A stretch of 38,049 bases of DNA from Modestobacter sp. (GTDB lineage Bacteria; Actinomycetota; Actinomycetes; Mycobacteriales; Geodermatophilaceae), in NCBI GenBank assembly GCA_025965635.1, contig JAOPWO010000388.1:1-38049 (forward strand), written 5' to 3'. Of the stretch, positions 27,115-36,354 are shown in pieces. A program made the position numbers and the translations under genes. Below the pieces are notes generated by a model. It saw only the letters and a program-made list of their open reading frames with translations, had not been told where the DNA came from and made no database searches. Numbering within the stretch: position 1 is the stretch's first letter; each line of letters begins with the position of its first letter.

Positions 27115-29445
27115 TCACACCCGGCTCATCGGAGCCGACGACCCGGTGGCTGTCGGACTCGCGTCCGCACTCCCCCGCTCGTCGGCGGCAAGTCGCTGGA
27201 GGAGCTTGTCGCCTTCGACGTCGAGGTCGGGCAGCAGCCGGTCCAGCCAGCGCGGGAGCCACCAGGCGCGGTCGCCGAACATCGCCATCACCGCCGGGAC
27301 GAGGGTGAGGCGGATGAGGAAGGCGTCGATCGCGATGCCGATCGCGAGGGCGAAACCCATCTGCTTGACCATCGGGTCGGCGTTGAAGATGAACCCCGCG
27401 AAGACCGCGATCATGATGACGGCGGCGGCGACGACGACCCGGCTGGCCTGCGTGAACCCGTGGACGACGCTGTCGGTCCCACGGTGCCCGTGCACGTGCG
27501 ACTCGCGCATCGAGGAGACCAGGAACACCTGGTAGTCCATCGCGAGGCCGTAGAGCACGCCGGTCACGATGATCGGCAGCATGCTCATCACCGGTGTGGT
27601 GGTGTCGACGCCGAAGAGGGCCTGGAGCCAGCCCCACTGGAACACCGCGGTGGTGGCGCCGAACGTGGCCAGGATGGACAGCAGGAACCCCACCGTGGCC
27701 TTGACCGGGACGAGGATCGAGCGGAAGACCAGCAGCAGCACGATCAGTGAGAGCCCCAGCACGACCGCGAGGTACACGGGCAGCACGTCGGTGAGCCGCT
27801 CGGACACGTCGATCCCCATGGCGGTGAGGCCGGTGACGCCGATGTCGACGCCCAGCTCGGCCTCGTACCGGTCCGACAGATCGCGAACCGCGGTGACCAC
27901 GTCCTTCGTGGCCTCATCGGTCGGCCCGGTGGTGGGGATGACCGACAGCAGGGCGGTGGTCCCGTCGGCGCTCGTGCCGGCCGCGGTGGCGGTCTGGACC
28001 CCGTCGAGGCGGGCCAGGTCGGTGACGACGGCGTGGACGTCTGCCGGGCTCACGGCCGCTCCGGGTTCGGTGGAGGTCGCGACGACGATCAGCGGACCGT
28101 TGAGCCCCTCACCGAAGCTCTCGGCGACCGCGTCGTAGCCCTGCCGCTGCGCGGTGTCGGTGTTGTAGTTGCCGCCCGAGGGCAGGCCCAGATTCATGCT
28201 CGCGATCGGCACGGCCAGCAGCGCGGCGACGGCCACCACCACGGCGGCCACGGGCCGGCGGTGGCGGGCGACGAAGGTGGCCCAGCGGTGCGACAGCGAC
28301 CGCCGGGACTCGACGGCCGAACCCGTGGCGTGCCCGGCCCGGGCCTTCGGTGAGCAGATCCGCTCCTCGACCAGGCCCAGCAACGCGGGCAGGAAGGTGA
28401 GAGCGACGAGGACGGCGATGGCCACGGTGCCGGCGGCGACGAGCGCCATCGAGGAGAGCAGCTCGATCTGCACGACGAGGAGGGCGACCAGGGCGATGAT
28501 CACCGTGGTGCCGGCGAAGAAGACCGCACTGCCAGCGGTGCCCACGGCGCGGGCGGCCGCCTCCTTCGCATCCAGTCCATGGTCCAGGATCAGCCGGCGC
28601 TGGCGGTTGACGATGAACAGCGCGTAGTCGATGCCGACGGCAAGGCCGAGCATGAGGGCCAGGACGACGGACATGGAGTTCAACTCGAACAGGTGAGACA
28701 GTGCGAAGGTCCCGCTGATGCCGGTGCCGACGCCCAGGAGCGCGGTCGCCAGGGGCAGCCCGGCGGCCACGAGCGAGCCCAGGGTCACCACCAGCACGAC
28801 GGCGGCGACGGCCAGTCCGACGATCTCGCCGACCCCGATCACCTCGGGGATGGTCTGCAGCGTCGCCCCCGGCAGCACCGTGATGCCGGCTGCCTCCGTT
28901 GGCCGCTCGGCCGCGGCGAGCGTGTTCTCCACCGTGTCGGTGGGCAGCTCGACGACCTGCTTGGTGAACTGGAACTGCAGGATGACGATCTTGCCGTCAG
29001 GCGAGACGGTGGCGCCCAGCACCGGCTGGCCGTCGACCACGAGCGTGCCCGGCGGCAGCGCGGTGGCAGGCCCGCCGCCAGCCGGCGTCGCCGCCTGCTG
29101 CTGCGCGGCGAGCAGGTCGGCCGGGTCGATCACCACGTCCTGGTCGTAGATGTCGGCCGCCGCGTCGGCGACCGCGGCACCGAGCTCAGGGGAGTCGATC
29201 CGCTCCCCGTCGGGCGCCTGGAAGATCAACTGCCCCTGCCCCCCGGCGGCCTCGGGGAGATCCCGGGCCAGCTGGTCGATGACCTCCTGGGCGGGGGTCC
29301 CGTCGATCCGCAGCTCCGTGCTCATCCGGGGCGGATCGAGGGCGAGGGTGGTGACGAGGACGGCCAGCAGGACCAGCCAGGCCCCCAGTACGCGGATCGG
29401 GTGCGCATAGGCGGCCCGGCCGAGGCGGTACAGGAACGTGGACAC
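27115..29445 (-). CDS. MMPL/RND-superfamily transporter
   Basis: Start GTG 29445 (STFLYRLGRAAY). GSLVAAGLPL, GLAVGIDYALF, GTAGSAVFFAG, FGEGLNGPL, VFRSILVPVKA, GLAMDYQVFLVS, DAFLIRLTLVPA. Confidence 0.93.
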   Translation of the reverse strand: MSTFLYRLGRAAYAHPIRVLGAWLVLLAVLVTTLALDPPRMSTELRIDGTPAQEVIDQLARDLPEAAGGQGQLIFQAPDGERIDSPELGAAVADAAADIYDQDVVIDPADLLAAQQQAATPAGGGPATALPPGTLVVDGQPVLGATVSPDGKIVILQFQFTKQVVELPTDTVENTLAAAERPTEAAGITVLPGATLQTIPEVIGVGEIVGLAVAAVVLVVTLGSLVAAGLPLATALLGVGTGISGTFALSHLFELNSMSVVLALMLGLAVGIDYALFIVNRQRRLILDHGLDAKEAAARAVGTAGSAVFFAGTTVIIALVALLVVQIELLSSMALVAAGTVAIAVLVALTFLPALLGLVEERICSPKARAGHATGSAVESRRSLSHRWATFVARHRRPVAAVVVAVAALLAVPIASMNLGLPSGGNYNTDTAQRQGYDAVAESFGEGLNGPLIVVATSTEPGAAVSPADVHAVVTDLARLDGVQTATAAGTSADGTTALLSVIPTTGPTDEATKDVVTAVRDLSDRYEAELGVDIGVTGLTAMGIDVSERLTDVLPVYLAVVLGLSLIVLLLVFRSILVPVKATVGFLLSILATFGATTAVFQWGWLQALFGVDTTTPVMSMLPIIVTGVLYGLAMDYQVFLVSSMRESHVHGHRGTDSVVHGFTQASRVVVAAAVIMIAVFAGFIFNADPMVKQMGFALAIGIAIDAFLIRLTLVPAVMAMFGDRAWWLPRWLDRLLPDLDVEGDKLLQRLAADERGSADASPTATGSSAPMSRV

Positions 29446-29490
29446 GAGAGGATGCCTCCAGGGGGCTGGGTCACGGTCGCAGCGGGCTCG

Positions 29491-29528
29491 AACTGATAGT
29501 TCACTATCGTGATAGTGAACTATCAGTT
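29491..29528. promoter_or_regulatory. 38-bp perfect palindrome made of two nested TetR-type operators
   Basis: AACTGATAGTTCACTATC-GT-GATAGTGAACTATCAGTT has 18-bp arms, and each arm contains GATAGT-N2-ACTATC. It is AT-rich and sits between the divergent MMPL and TetR starts. Confidence 0.85.
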
Positions 29529-29594
29529 TGGCTACCAGGCGCGGGTGTGCGCTCCGCCACCTGCGACGGTGTCGACGACGAGGAGCGCGAGCGC

Positions 29595-30263
29595 ATGACC
29601 GACCGAGCCACGCGGAGACGGCGCAGCGACGCGACCTCGAACGCCGACCGCGTGGTCGCGGCCGCCCGGCGGGTCTTCGCCCGGGAGGGGCAGGCGTCGC
29701 TCGAGGAGGTCGCCGGCGAGGCCGGCGTCGGCATCGCGACGCTCTACCGGCACTTTCCGAACCGGGAGGCCCTGACCGGGGCGGTGTTCCGCCTCCTCCT
29801 GGACGAGGAGGTGGCACCGATGGTGACGGCGATCTCGCGGGAGGAGCCGCCTCGGCGGGCGTTCATGCTCATCGCCGAGCGGCTGCTCGACCTGATCGAC
29901 CGCGAGCGGGGCCTGATCAGCTCCCTGACGAGCTTCGCCGTCCTCGCCGAGGACCTGCTCACCGAGTTCGTCGAGCCGTTCGGCGTCCTGCTCCGCACCG
30001 CGCAGGAGGCGGGCGATGTCCGCGACGACCTGGTGCCCGACGACATCCCCCGCGTGCTGCAGATGCTCATCCTCGGTCTCTCCACCACGCCACCGCCGCT
30101 GCGCCGGCGCTACATCTCCCTGATGTTCGACGCGTTCACGCCCGGCAACCCCGAGCCGCTGCCCCCACTGACCGCCGAGGTCTCCCTCGCCGAGGTGCGC
30201 ACCGGGATCGCCGCACTCGCGGCGACCCGCCCAGCGCATCCGCCCGATGCGGAGCGCCCCTGA
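29595..30263 (+). CDS. TetR/AcrR family transcriptional regulator
   Basis: ATG 29595 after GAGGAG. RRSDATSNADRVVAAARRVF...ASLEEVAGEAGVGIATLYRHFPNREAL HTH, and AQEAGDVRDD. Confidence 0.93.
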   Translation: MTDRATRRRRSDATSNADRVVAAARRVFAREGQASLEEVAGEAGVGIATLYRHFPNREALTGAVFRLLLDEEVAPMVTAISREEPPRRAFMLIAERLLDLIDRERGLISSLTSFAVLAEDLLTEFVEPFGVLLRTAQEAGDVRDDLVPDDIPRVLQMLILGLSTTPPPLRRRYISLMFDAFTPGNPEPLPPLTAEVSLAEVRTGIAALAATRPAHPPDAERP

Positions 30264-30399
30264 CGCCTGGTGGAGCCGCCCGCTCAGAGGCCAGCGGCGT
30301 CCACCAGTCGCGAACCCGATGAGACCGGCCGGTACCAGCGTCGCCCCCTGGCGCAGCAACCGGGGCACGGCGTGCTGGCCGCTGGTCCCCGGCTCCCCG

Positions 30400-30580
30400 C
30401 TCGATCACGCCCGCGAGCTCAGGCCGGCCGGTGCTGCGCCGCTCCGGGCGTGGCTGCCCCGGCGAGCCGGTGCACGTCGAGGTGGAGCAGCTCGGCCTCA
30501 TCCGGTCCGGCGACCGGCGGGTACATCGACCCGGCCGCGCCGAGGTCGACGCCGGCCCGCGCGTGGCCTACGACGAGCGT
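30400..30580 (+). pseudogene. IS481-family transposase relic
   Basis: RPVLRRSGRGCPGEPVHVEVEQLGLIRSGDRRVHRPGR...GPRVAYD is a degenerate match to the actinobacterial IS481 motif RRYERxxPGELVHVDVKKLGRIPxGGGxRVHGR...VGYD. The first catalytic Asp is changed and there is no intact ORF. Confidence 0.6.
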
Positions 30581-30599
30581 GGTCCCGAGGTCGGGCCGA

Positions 30600-31202
30600 T
30601 CAGACGCCTTCCGGTCCGAAGACCTGCACCCCGAACCGCTGTTCCACGTACCGGCCGAACCGGTACTTCATCTCGGGTCCCTCGATGCCCTTCGGCGGCC
30701 CCGTGCGCCATTCGTCCTGCGGCTCGATGTCGACGACCGCCAAGGTGTAGGCGGGGTCCTGCCGCTGCTGCTCCAGCACCGCCAGCAGGTCGTCCTGCGT
30801 CTGCACGTCGACGACCCGGCGGATACCCGCGGCGCGGGCGACGCCCGCGTAGTCCGTGGTGTCCGCGTTCACCAGCGGCAGTTCGCCGATGACCCGGTAG
30901 CTGTGGTTGTTCAGCATGAGGTGCAGCAGGTTCGGCGCCTGCACGCTGGCCTGCGTGAGCACCCCACCGAGGTTCATGGCGAACGCACCGTCGGTGTCCA
31001 GCAGCCAGAACCGCCCTTGCGGGAGCCCCAGTGCCATGCCGAGCGCGAACGAGGACGCGAATCCCATTCCGTCGAGCAGGTAGAAGCTGTCCTTGCTCTG
31101 CGTCGCCTTGAACCAGCCGTGACCGGCCGACCCCAGCGAGGTCACCACGAGCTCGTCCTGCCATTGACCGGCGAGCGTCTCGAAGAACTGTGCCTCCTTC
31201 AT
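30600..31202 (-). CDS. comE: Thiamine-pyrophosphate enzyme, sulfopyruvate/phosphonopyruvate decarboxylase beta-subunit-like
   Basis: ATG 31202 after GGAAGGAAAG. VVTSLG, FYLLDGMGFASSFALGMAL, TPP motif variant DTDGAFAMNLG...LNNHSY, TDYAGVARAAG, and terminal EMKYRF. Symbol denotes family similarity, not proven substrate. Confidence 0.8.
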   Translation of the reverse strand: MKEAQFFETLAGQWQDELVVTSLGSAGHGWFKATQSKDSFYLLDGMGFASSFALGMALGLPQGRFWLLDTDGAFAMNLGGVLTQASVQAPNLLHLMLNNHSYRVIGELPLVNADTTDYAGVARAAGIRRVVDVQTQDDLLAVLEQQRQDPAYTLAVVDIEPQDEWRTGPPKGIEGPEMKYRFGRYVEQRFGVQVFGPEGV

Positions 31203-31230
31203 GTCTTTCCTTCCTGCGGAGCCGTGAGGC

Positions 31231-31752
31231 TCAGACGATGCCCTGGAGGAGCTTCTTGGTGAAGAACACGACGTAGGGACGCTTCTGGATCCGGCTGTGC
31301 TCGTAGTAGTCGGGCAGCCGAGCGATGTCCGAACGGGAGGACACGATCTGGTACGGGATGTCGAAGGTCTGCAGGTACGGCCGCAGGCGCCGACCCTGGA
31401 CCTCCTGGTAGACCCGGATGTCGTCACCGTCCCCGCGCAGGCTCGACAGGATGAACAGCGGGATGCCGTGCCGCTCGCTGATGGTCGCGAACTCGCAGGC
31501 CGAGGCCATCAGGCCGGTGCCACCCATGACAGCCACGCTCCGAGCGCCCGTCATGAACCCGCCGCAGCAGATGCCGACGATCTCGGACTCCCGGGCCACC
31601 CGGACGTGCGTGATGTCCGGGTCCCCGTCGACCGATTCGATGATCGGCGCCACCCAGTCGTCGGGCAGGCTGGCGGCCAGGGACACCCCCGCCTCGCGCA
31701 GGGCGGCCCGCACCTCCTCGCCGACCTGCATCGCCGCGTCAGCTATCCGCAT
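31231..31752 (-). CDS. comD: Sulfopyruvate decarboxylase alpha-subunit-like (TPP pyrimidine-binding domain)
   Basis: ALREAGVSLAASLPDDW, conserved Glu in VARESEIVGICCG, and IPLFILSSLRG. AAGGGAAAGG RBS. Symbol denotes family similarity only. Confidence 0.8.
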   Translation of the reverse strand: MRIADAAMQVGEEVRAALREAGVSLAASLPDDWVAPIIESVDGDPDITHVRVARESEIVGICCGGFMTGARSVAVMGGTGLMASACEFATISERHGIPLFILSSLRGDGDDIRVYQEVQGRRLRPYLQTFDIPYQIVSSRSDIARLPDYYEHSRIQKRPYVVFFTKKLLQGIV

Positions 31753-31786
31753 GTGCCTTTCCCTTCTCGTGATGGTGGGCGGTGCA

Positions 31787-32578
31787 TCAGCGCGCTCGGA
31801 CCTGGTAGCGCAGCAGTCGCGCCTCCAGGGCGCCGAAGGCCTGCGTCACCACGACGCCGAAGGCCACGATCAACAACAGGTACGCGAAGACCTCCGGGAC
31901 GCGGATGCGCGCCGCGTTCTCCGCGATCCGGAAACCGAGACCCGCGTTGGCGCCGAACATCTCGCCGATGACCACGCCGGTCAGTGCACGACCGGTGGCC
32001 AGCCGGATGCCCGCGAGGACGAGCGGGAAGGAGCCGGGCAGCACCACCTTGCGCAGCAGCTGCCAGCGGTCCGCCATGAACGAGTGGCCGACCCGCAGGT
32101 AGGGCTCCGGGACGTTCTTCACCCCGACCGTGGTGTTGACGATCACGGGGACCACCGCGAGCAGGAAGGCGATCAGCAGGACGGAGTTGAAGCCCAGGCC
32201 GACCCAGAGGATGAGCAGCGGGTAGATCGCGGTCAGGGGGGTCGAGTACAGGAACCACACGAAGGGCTCGAGTGCGTAGTCGAACACGCGGACCCGACCG
32301 GCGAGCATGCCGAGCGAGATGCCGATGACCGCAGCGAGACCGAGCGCCAGCCCGTACTCGGCCATGGTGACCAGCAGGTGCTCGGTGACCCGTCCGGCGA
32401 CGATCTCGTTGACGAGCGTCACCACGATCACCGACGGTGGCGGCAGGACGAAACTGTCCAGTCCGAGCACCCAGGGCAGCAACTCCCAGGCGCCGAAGAA
32501 CAGCGCCACCCCCAGGACTTTCAGTGATCGGTCGCTGGACAGTGCGCGACCGACCGGATGCTCCAGCACGGCGTTCAT
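31787..32578 (-). CDS. NitT/TauT-family ABC transporter permease
   Basis: ATG 32578 overlaps the upstream stop (ATGA). LPPPS, YSTPLTAIYPLLILWVGLG, NTTVGVKNV, EAA-like region, GVVIGEMFGANAGLG. Confidence 0.9.
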   Translation of the reverse strand: MNAVLEHPVGRALSSDRSLKVLGVALFFGAWELLPWVLGLDSFVLPPPSVIVVTLVNEIVAGRVTEHLLVTMAEYGLALGLAAVIGISLGMLAGRVRVFDYALEPFVWFLYSTPLTAIYPLLILWVGLGFNSVLLIAFLLAVVPVIVNTTVGVKNVPEPYLRVGHSFMADRWQLLRKVVLPGSFPLVLAGIRLATGRALTGVVIGEMFGANAGLGFRIAENAARIRVPEVFAYLLLIVAFGVVVTQAFGALEARLLRYQVRAR

Positions 32579-33417
32579 GAAGGCCTCCACGAGGACAGCC
32601 GGCGCTCGACCGCGGAGAGGCCACGGATCGCCAGATACGCGAAACTGCTGACCAGCAGCACGAGGAACAGCAGGGCGTCGGTGCGCATCGCCTGCCCGTA
32701 GGTGGAGATCAAGTTCCCCATCCCCGACAGCGACACGAACATCTCGGCAGTGATCACCGCGATGATGGCCTGGCTGAAGCCCTGCCTCAGCCCGGTCATG
32801 ATCGACGGAATGGCGCCCGGGATCATCACTTTGCGGAGGATGAAGCTGCGCGGGGCCATGAACGACCGGGCGGCTCTGATGAGCGAGGGGTCCACGTCCT
32901 TGACCCCGGAGATCGTGTTGATGAGCACCATGAAGAAGGTGCCGAGGAAGACCATCACGATCTTGCTGCCGAGGCCGAGGCCGAACCAGATGACGAGCAC
33001 CGGGTAGATGGCCAGTCGCGGGGTGACGTACAGAGCCATCACCACCGGGTCGGCCAGCGTCCCGATCACGCGGTAGTACCCGAGGACGAACCCGACAAGC
33101 ACCGCGGCCACGACCCCCAGGCCGTAGCCGACCAGCAGCTCCGTGCCGGTGGTCACGACGTGCGGCAGCATGTCGGTGCCGGTGAACAGCTCCGCTCCCG
33201 CCGCGGCCACCGCGGTCGGTGAGCTGTAGAAGCGCTCGTCGAGGAAGCCGGTCATCGAACCGACCTGCCAGGCGGCGATGAACGACAGCGCGCTGGCCGT
33301 CCGCACCAGGCGCGGACGTTCCCCCAGCTGCGCCCAGACGCGCGCACCCATCGCCGGTGCGGCCGCCTGGTCGGGAACGGGTGGTGCGGTGGGTGTGATG
33401 ACGGTGCTCCCGCTCAT
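32575..33417 (-). CDS. NitT/TauT-family ABC transporter permease
   Basis: SSPTAV, TPRLAIYPVLVIWFGLG, NTISGVKDVDPSLIRAARSF, PGAIPSIMTGLR, AEMF. Confidence 0.9.
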   Translation of the reverse strand: MSGSTVITPTAPPVPDQAAAPAMGARVWAQLGERPRLVRTASALSFIAAWQVGSMTGFLDERFYSSPTAVAAAGAELFTGTDMLPHVVTTGTELLVGYGLGVVAAVLVGFVLGYYRVIGTLADPVVMALYVTPRLAIYPVLVIWFGLGLGSKIVMVFLGTFFMVLINTISGVKDVDPSLIRAARSFMAPRSFILRKVMIPGAIPSIMTGLRQGFSQAIIAVITAEMFVSLSGMGNLISTYGQAMRTDALLFLVLLVSSFAYLAIRGLSAVERRLSSWRPS

Positions 33418-34208
33418 GACGCCTGTACTGCGGCCAGCGTCGGCTCGTTGTCGTGGAGCAGGTGCCAGAGGTGCTGGCGCATCCGCACGAACCGCGGGTC
33501 TGCCTTCACATCGATCGTCCGCGGGCGCGGCAGGTCCACCGGAAGGATCTCCCGGATGCGTCCCGGCCGGGCCCGCATCACCACGACGCGGTCGGCGAGG
33601 TAGATGGCCTCGTCGATGTCATGAGTCACGAAGACGACCGTCTTGCCGGTCTTCTGCCAGATCTGCAGGAGCTCCTCCTGCATGCTCTCCCGCGTCTGGG
33701 CATCCAGCGCTCCGAAGGGCTCGTCCATGAGCAGGATGTCGGGCTCGATGGCCAGGGCCCGCGCGATGCCCACCCGCTGGCGCATGCCGCCCGACAGCTC
33801 GTGGGGGAAGCGGTCCTCGAACCCGTTGAGCCCCACGAGGTCGACCAGTTCGCGCGCCTTGGCATGGCGCTCCGCCTTGCCGACCTTGCGGATCTCCAGG
33901 CCGAAGGCGATGTTGTCCAGGACCGACCGCCACGGCAGGAGTGCGAACTCCTGGAAGACGACCGCCCGGTCGCGGCCGGGGCCGTTCACCAGGCCACCGT
34001 GGACGCGGATCTCGCCGCCGTGGATGGGCAGCAGCCCGTCGATCGCGTAGAGGAAACTGGTCTTACCGCAGCCGGACGAGCCGACGATGGTGACGAACTC
34101 ACCCCGCTCGATGGACAGGTTCAGTCCGTCCACGGCCAGGACGCTGCTGTTGTTCTTGGAGGTGTAGCGGATCGTGACGTCCCGCGCCTCGACGACGGTT
34201 TCGCTCAT
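33414..34208 (-). CDS. NitT/TauT-family ABC transporter ATP-binding protein
   Basis: ATG 34208 (MSETVVEARD) after GAGGGAAG. Walker A GSSGCGKT, VFQEFALLPW, LSGGMRQR, LLMDEPFGALDAQTR, VTHDIDEA, LPRPR. Confidence 0.94.
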   Translation of the reverse strand: MSETVVEARDVTIRYTSKNNSSVLAVDGLNLSIERGEFVTIVGSSGCGKTSFLYAIDGLLPIHGGEIRVHGGLVNGPGRDRAVVFQEFALLPWRSVLDNIAFGLEIRKVGKAERHAKARELVDLVGLNGFEDRFPHELSGGMRQRVGIARALAIEPDILLMDEPFGALDAQTRESMQEELLQIWQKTGKTVVFVTHDIDEAIYLADRVVVMRARPGRIREILPVDLPRPRTIDVKADPRFVRMRQHLWHLLHDNEPTLAAVQAS

Positions 34209-34345
34209 GTCTTCCCTCGCTCGGGGGCAGGCCGGGTAACCCAAACGGGCCCGGCCGGTTCGGATCGGGTCGGGTGCTGCGTCTCGGGGTGGTGTCGCCA
34301 TCCGTCGGCCGGCGGCGTGCAGACGCCGGCCGACGGATGAAGGGG

Positions 34346-35389
34346 TCAGCCGGCGTCCACGAACCGGTCGTCCCACCAGCGCTCGAGCTCCCAGGGCTCG
34401 GTCACGTCGCCGGCGGTCACCGCCGTCTCCCAGAAGGCGGACATGGCGTCCTCGCTCGGCAGCGCGCCAGAGGAGACGAAACCCGGGATCAGTTCGTCGT
34501 AGGCGCGTTCCGCGTACTTCGTCTCGATCTTGAACTCGTCGGCGATGATCCGCACCGTCTCGTCCCGGTTGGCCGCCGCGAAGTCGATCGCCTCGCTCAT
34601 GCCGCGCAGGAAGGCCCGCATCGTGTTCGGGGAACCGTCGATGACCTCCTGCTTGGCGTAGACGACCTCCTTGGGCCAGTCGGTCGCGATCTCCTCGGCC
34701 TGCGTGGCGAGCAGCTTGAAGCCCTCCTCCTCCGCCTGGTACTTCGTGGGCGGGCTGAGGAAGGCCACGTCGATCGTGCCGGAGCGCAGGGCGGCGAAGG
34801 CGTTCGACGTGGTGCCGACCTTGACGATCTCCAGGTCCTTCTCCGGGTCGAGGCCGTTCTCCTTGGCGATGGCCTTCAGCAGCAGCTCGGTCAGCGAACC
34901 CGGGCTCGTCACGGCGAACTTCTTGCCCTTGAGGTCCTCCCAGCCCTTGTACTGGGGCTGCATGTACCAGGAGAAGTCGGCCACGTTCATCCCGCCCCAG
35001 ACGACCCTGACGTCCTGGCCGCCCTTGATCATGTTGAGGGCGCCCTGCAGTGCGGCGACGTTGACGTCCACGGCATCGCCGGCGAGGGCCTGCACCACGT
35101 CCGCGTCGCCCTTGAACTCGATGATGTTCACGTCGAGCCCTTCGTCCTCCCAGAAACCCTGCGCTCGGGCGACGTAGGCCGGCAGGAAGGCCAGGACCTT
35201 CAGGGACAACCCGACGTCGATCTGGGTCTGCTCGAGGGCGTCTCCGCCCGGAGCCCGGGGGGCGGGTTCGTCCTGGCTGCCGGTGCCGCACGCGGTGAGA
35301 CACAGGGCGGCCAGGAGCACGGTTGCGATCCCGCGGCGACGGTGTCGTCCGGCTGCGGTGCGTCGACGTACACGGAACATCGTTGACAT
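34346..35389 (-). CDS. NitT/TauT/SsuA(THI5-like) ABC substrate-binding lipoprotein
   Basis: ATG 35389 after GAGG. Signal peptide with lipobox CLTA-C, LPAYVARAQGFWEDEGLDV, QALAGDAVD, DLKGKKFAVTSPGS, AALRSGTIDVA. Confidence 0.88.
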   Translation of the reverse strand: MSTMFRVRRRTAAGRHRRRGIATVLLAALCLTACGTGSQDEPAPRAPGGDALEQTQIDVGLSLKVLAFLPAYVARAQGFWEDEGLDVNIIEFKGDADVVQALAGDAVDVNVAALQGALNMIKGGQDVRVVWGGMNVADFSWYMQPQYKGWEDLKGKKFAVTSPGSLTELLLKAIAKENGLDPEKDLEIVKVGTTSNAFAALRSGTIDVAFLSPPTKYQAEEEGFKLLATQAEEIATDWPKEVVYAKQEVIDGSPNTMRAFLRGMSEAIDFAAANRDETVRIIADEFKIETKYAERAYDELIPGFVSSGALPSEDAMSAFWETAVTAGDVTEPWELERWWDDRFVDAG

Positions 35390-35491
35390 CCTCGACTCGG
35401 AGTGAGTACGTGCTGGAAGAGAGGTTCGCTGTGGTGCTCGTCGGTCTGTGACGGAGAGAACACTCCGGCGCAGCGGCCCCACAAGACCGAT

Positions 35492-35598
35492 GTACCGCCC
35501 ACCGGAACGTGCAGGTGGGGCCCGCGGAGTCAGGCCACGACGTCGGGTGGAGCCCGTCCTGGCAGATCGATCGATGCCCACGTTCCGGCCAGCGGCAC
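35492..35598. promoter_or_regulatory. Two 17-bp palindromic sites of GTTCCG-N5-CGGAAC type (IclR-like operators)
   Basis: GTACCG-CCCAC-CGGAAC (35492-35508) and GTTCCG-GCCAG-CGGCAC (35582-35598) in the divergent gap between the ABC operon and ubiX. Confidence 0.6.
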
Positions 35599-35715
35599 GC
35601 GTGGCTTGCGAACGGTCTCGGTCGCTTGCGACCGTGCCGATCCGATGGTCGGGCGGCGGGGAGCGGACATGACGCAGACCCCGAGCCGCCCCGGACCGGA
35701 AGAGGAGGACGAGCA

Positions 35716-36354
35716 TTGGCCAGCCAGGAGGACGGGCGCCATCCGATCCGGCTCATCGTCGGCATCAGCGGCGCATCCGGTGCCATCTACGGGGTCCGGG
35801 CGCTGGAGTTGCTCCAAGGGCTCCCCCACGTGGAGACGCACCTGGTGATGACCAGCGCTGGTCAGGCGACGCTCTCCTACGAGACGAGCTACACCGTCGG
35901 CTCCGTGCGGAAGCTGGCGGATCACGTCCACAGCGACCGCGACATCGGAGCCACCATCGCCAGCGGCTCCTTCCGCACCGCAGGCATGCTCATCGCCCCG
36001 TGCAGCATCAAGACGCTGTCGGGTATCGCGACGTCCTTCGGCTCCAGCCTCATGGTCCGCGCTGCAGACGTCGTCCTGAAGGAACAGCGGCGACTGGTCC
36101 TCCTGCTACGCGAGGCCCCCCTCCACCTCGGGCACATCCGCCTGATGCAGATGGCCGCGGAGGCCGGCGCGGTCATCTCTCCACCGGTGCCGGGCTTCTA
36201 CGCCCGCCCGACCACGATCGACGACATCGTCAACCACAGCGTGTCGCGCGCGCTGGACCTGTTCGGCCTCGACGTCGGGGCTGTGCGGCGATGGGACGGG
36301 CTCCAGCCGGGCGACGCACCACCGCAGCCGTCCGACGACCCGGGAGAGCCGTGA
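35716..36354 (+). CDS. ubiX: UbiX-family flavin prenyltransferase
   Basis: TTG 35716 after GAGGAGG. RLIVGISGASGAIYG, ETHLVMT, IASGSF, APCSIKTLSGIA, RAADVVLKEQRRLVL..REAPL, PPVPGFY. Confidence 0.95.
   Translation: MASQEDGRHPIRLIVGISGASGAIYGVRALELLQGLPHVETHLVMTSAGQATLSYETSYTVGSVRKLADHVHSDRDIGATIASGSFRTAGMLIAPCSIKTLSGIATSFGSSLMVRAADVVLKEQRRLVLLLREAPLHLGHIRLMQMAAEAGAVISPPVPGFYARPTTIDDIVNHSVSRALDLFGLDVGAVRRWDGLQPGDAPPQPSDDPGEP

Noticed and set aside
35383-35412. Perfect TTGACA with a possible -10 on the plus strand
   Set aside because: It overlaps the start codon of the binding-protein gene on the other strand, the -10 is poor, and it is over 300 bp from ubiX. Probably coincidental.
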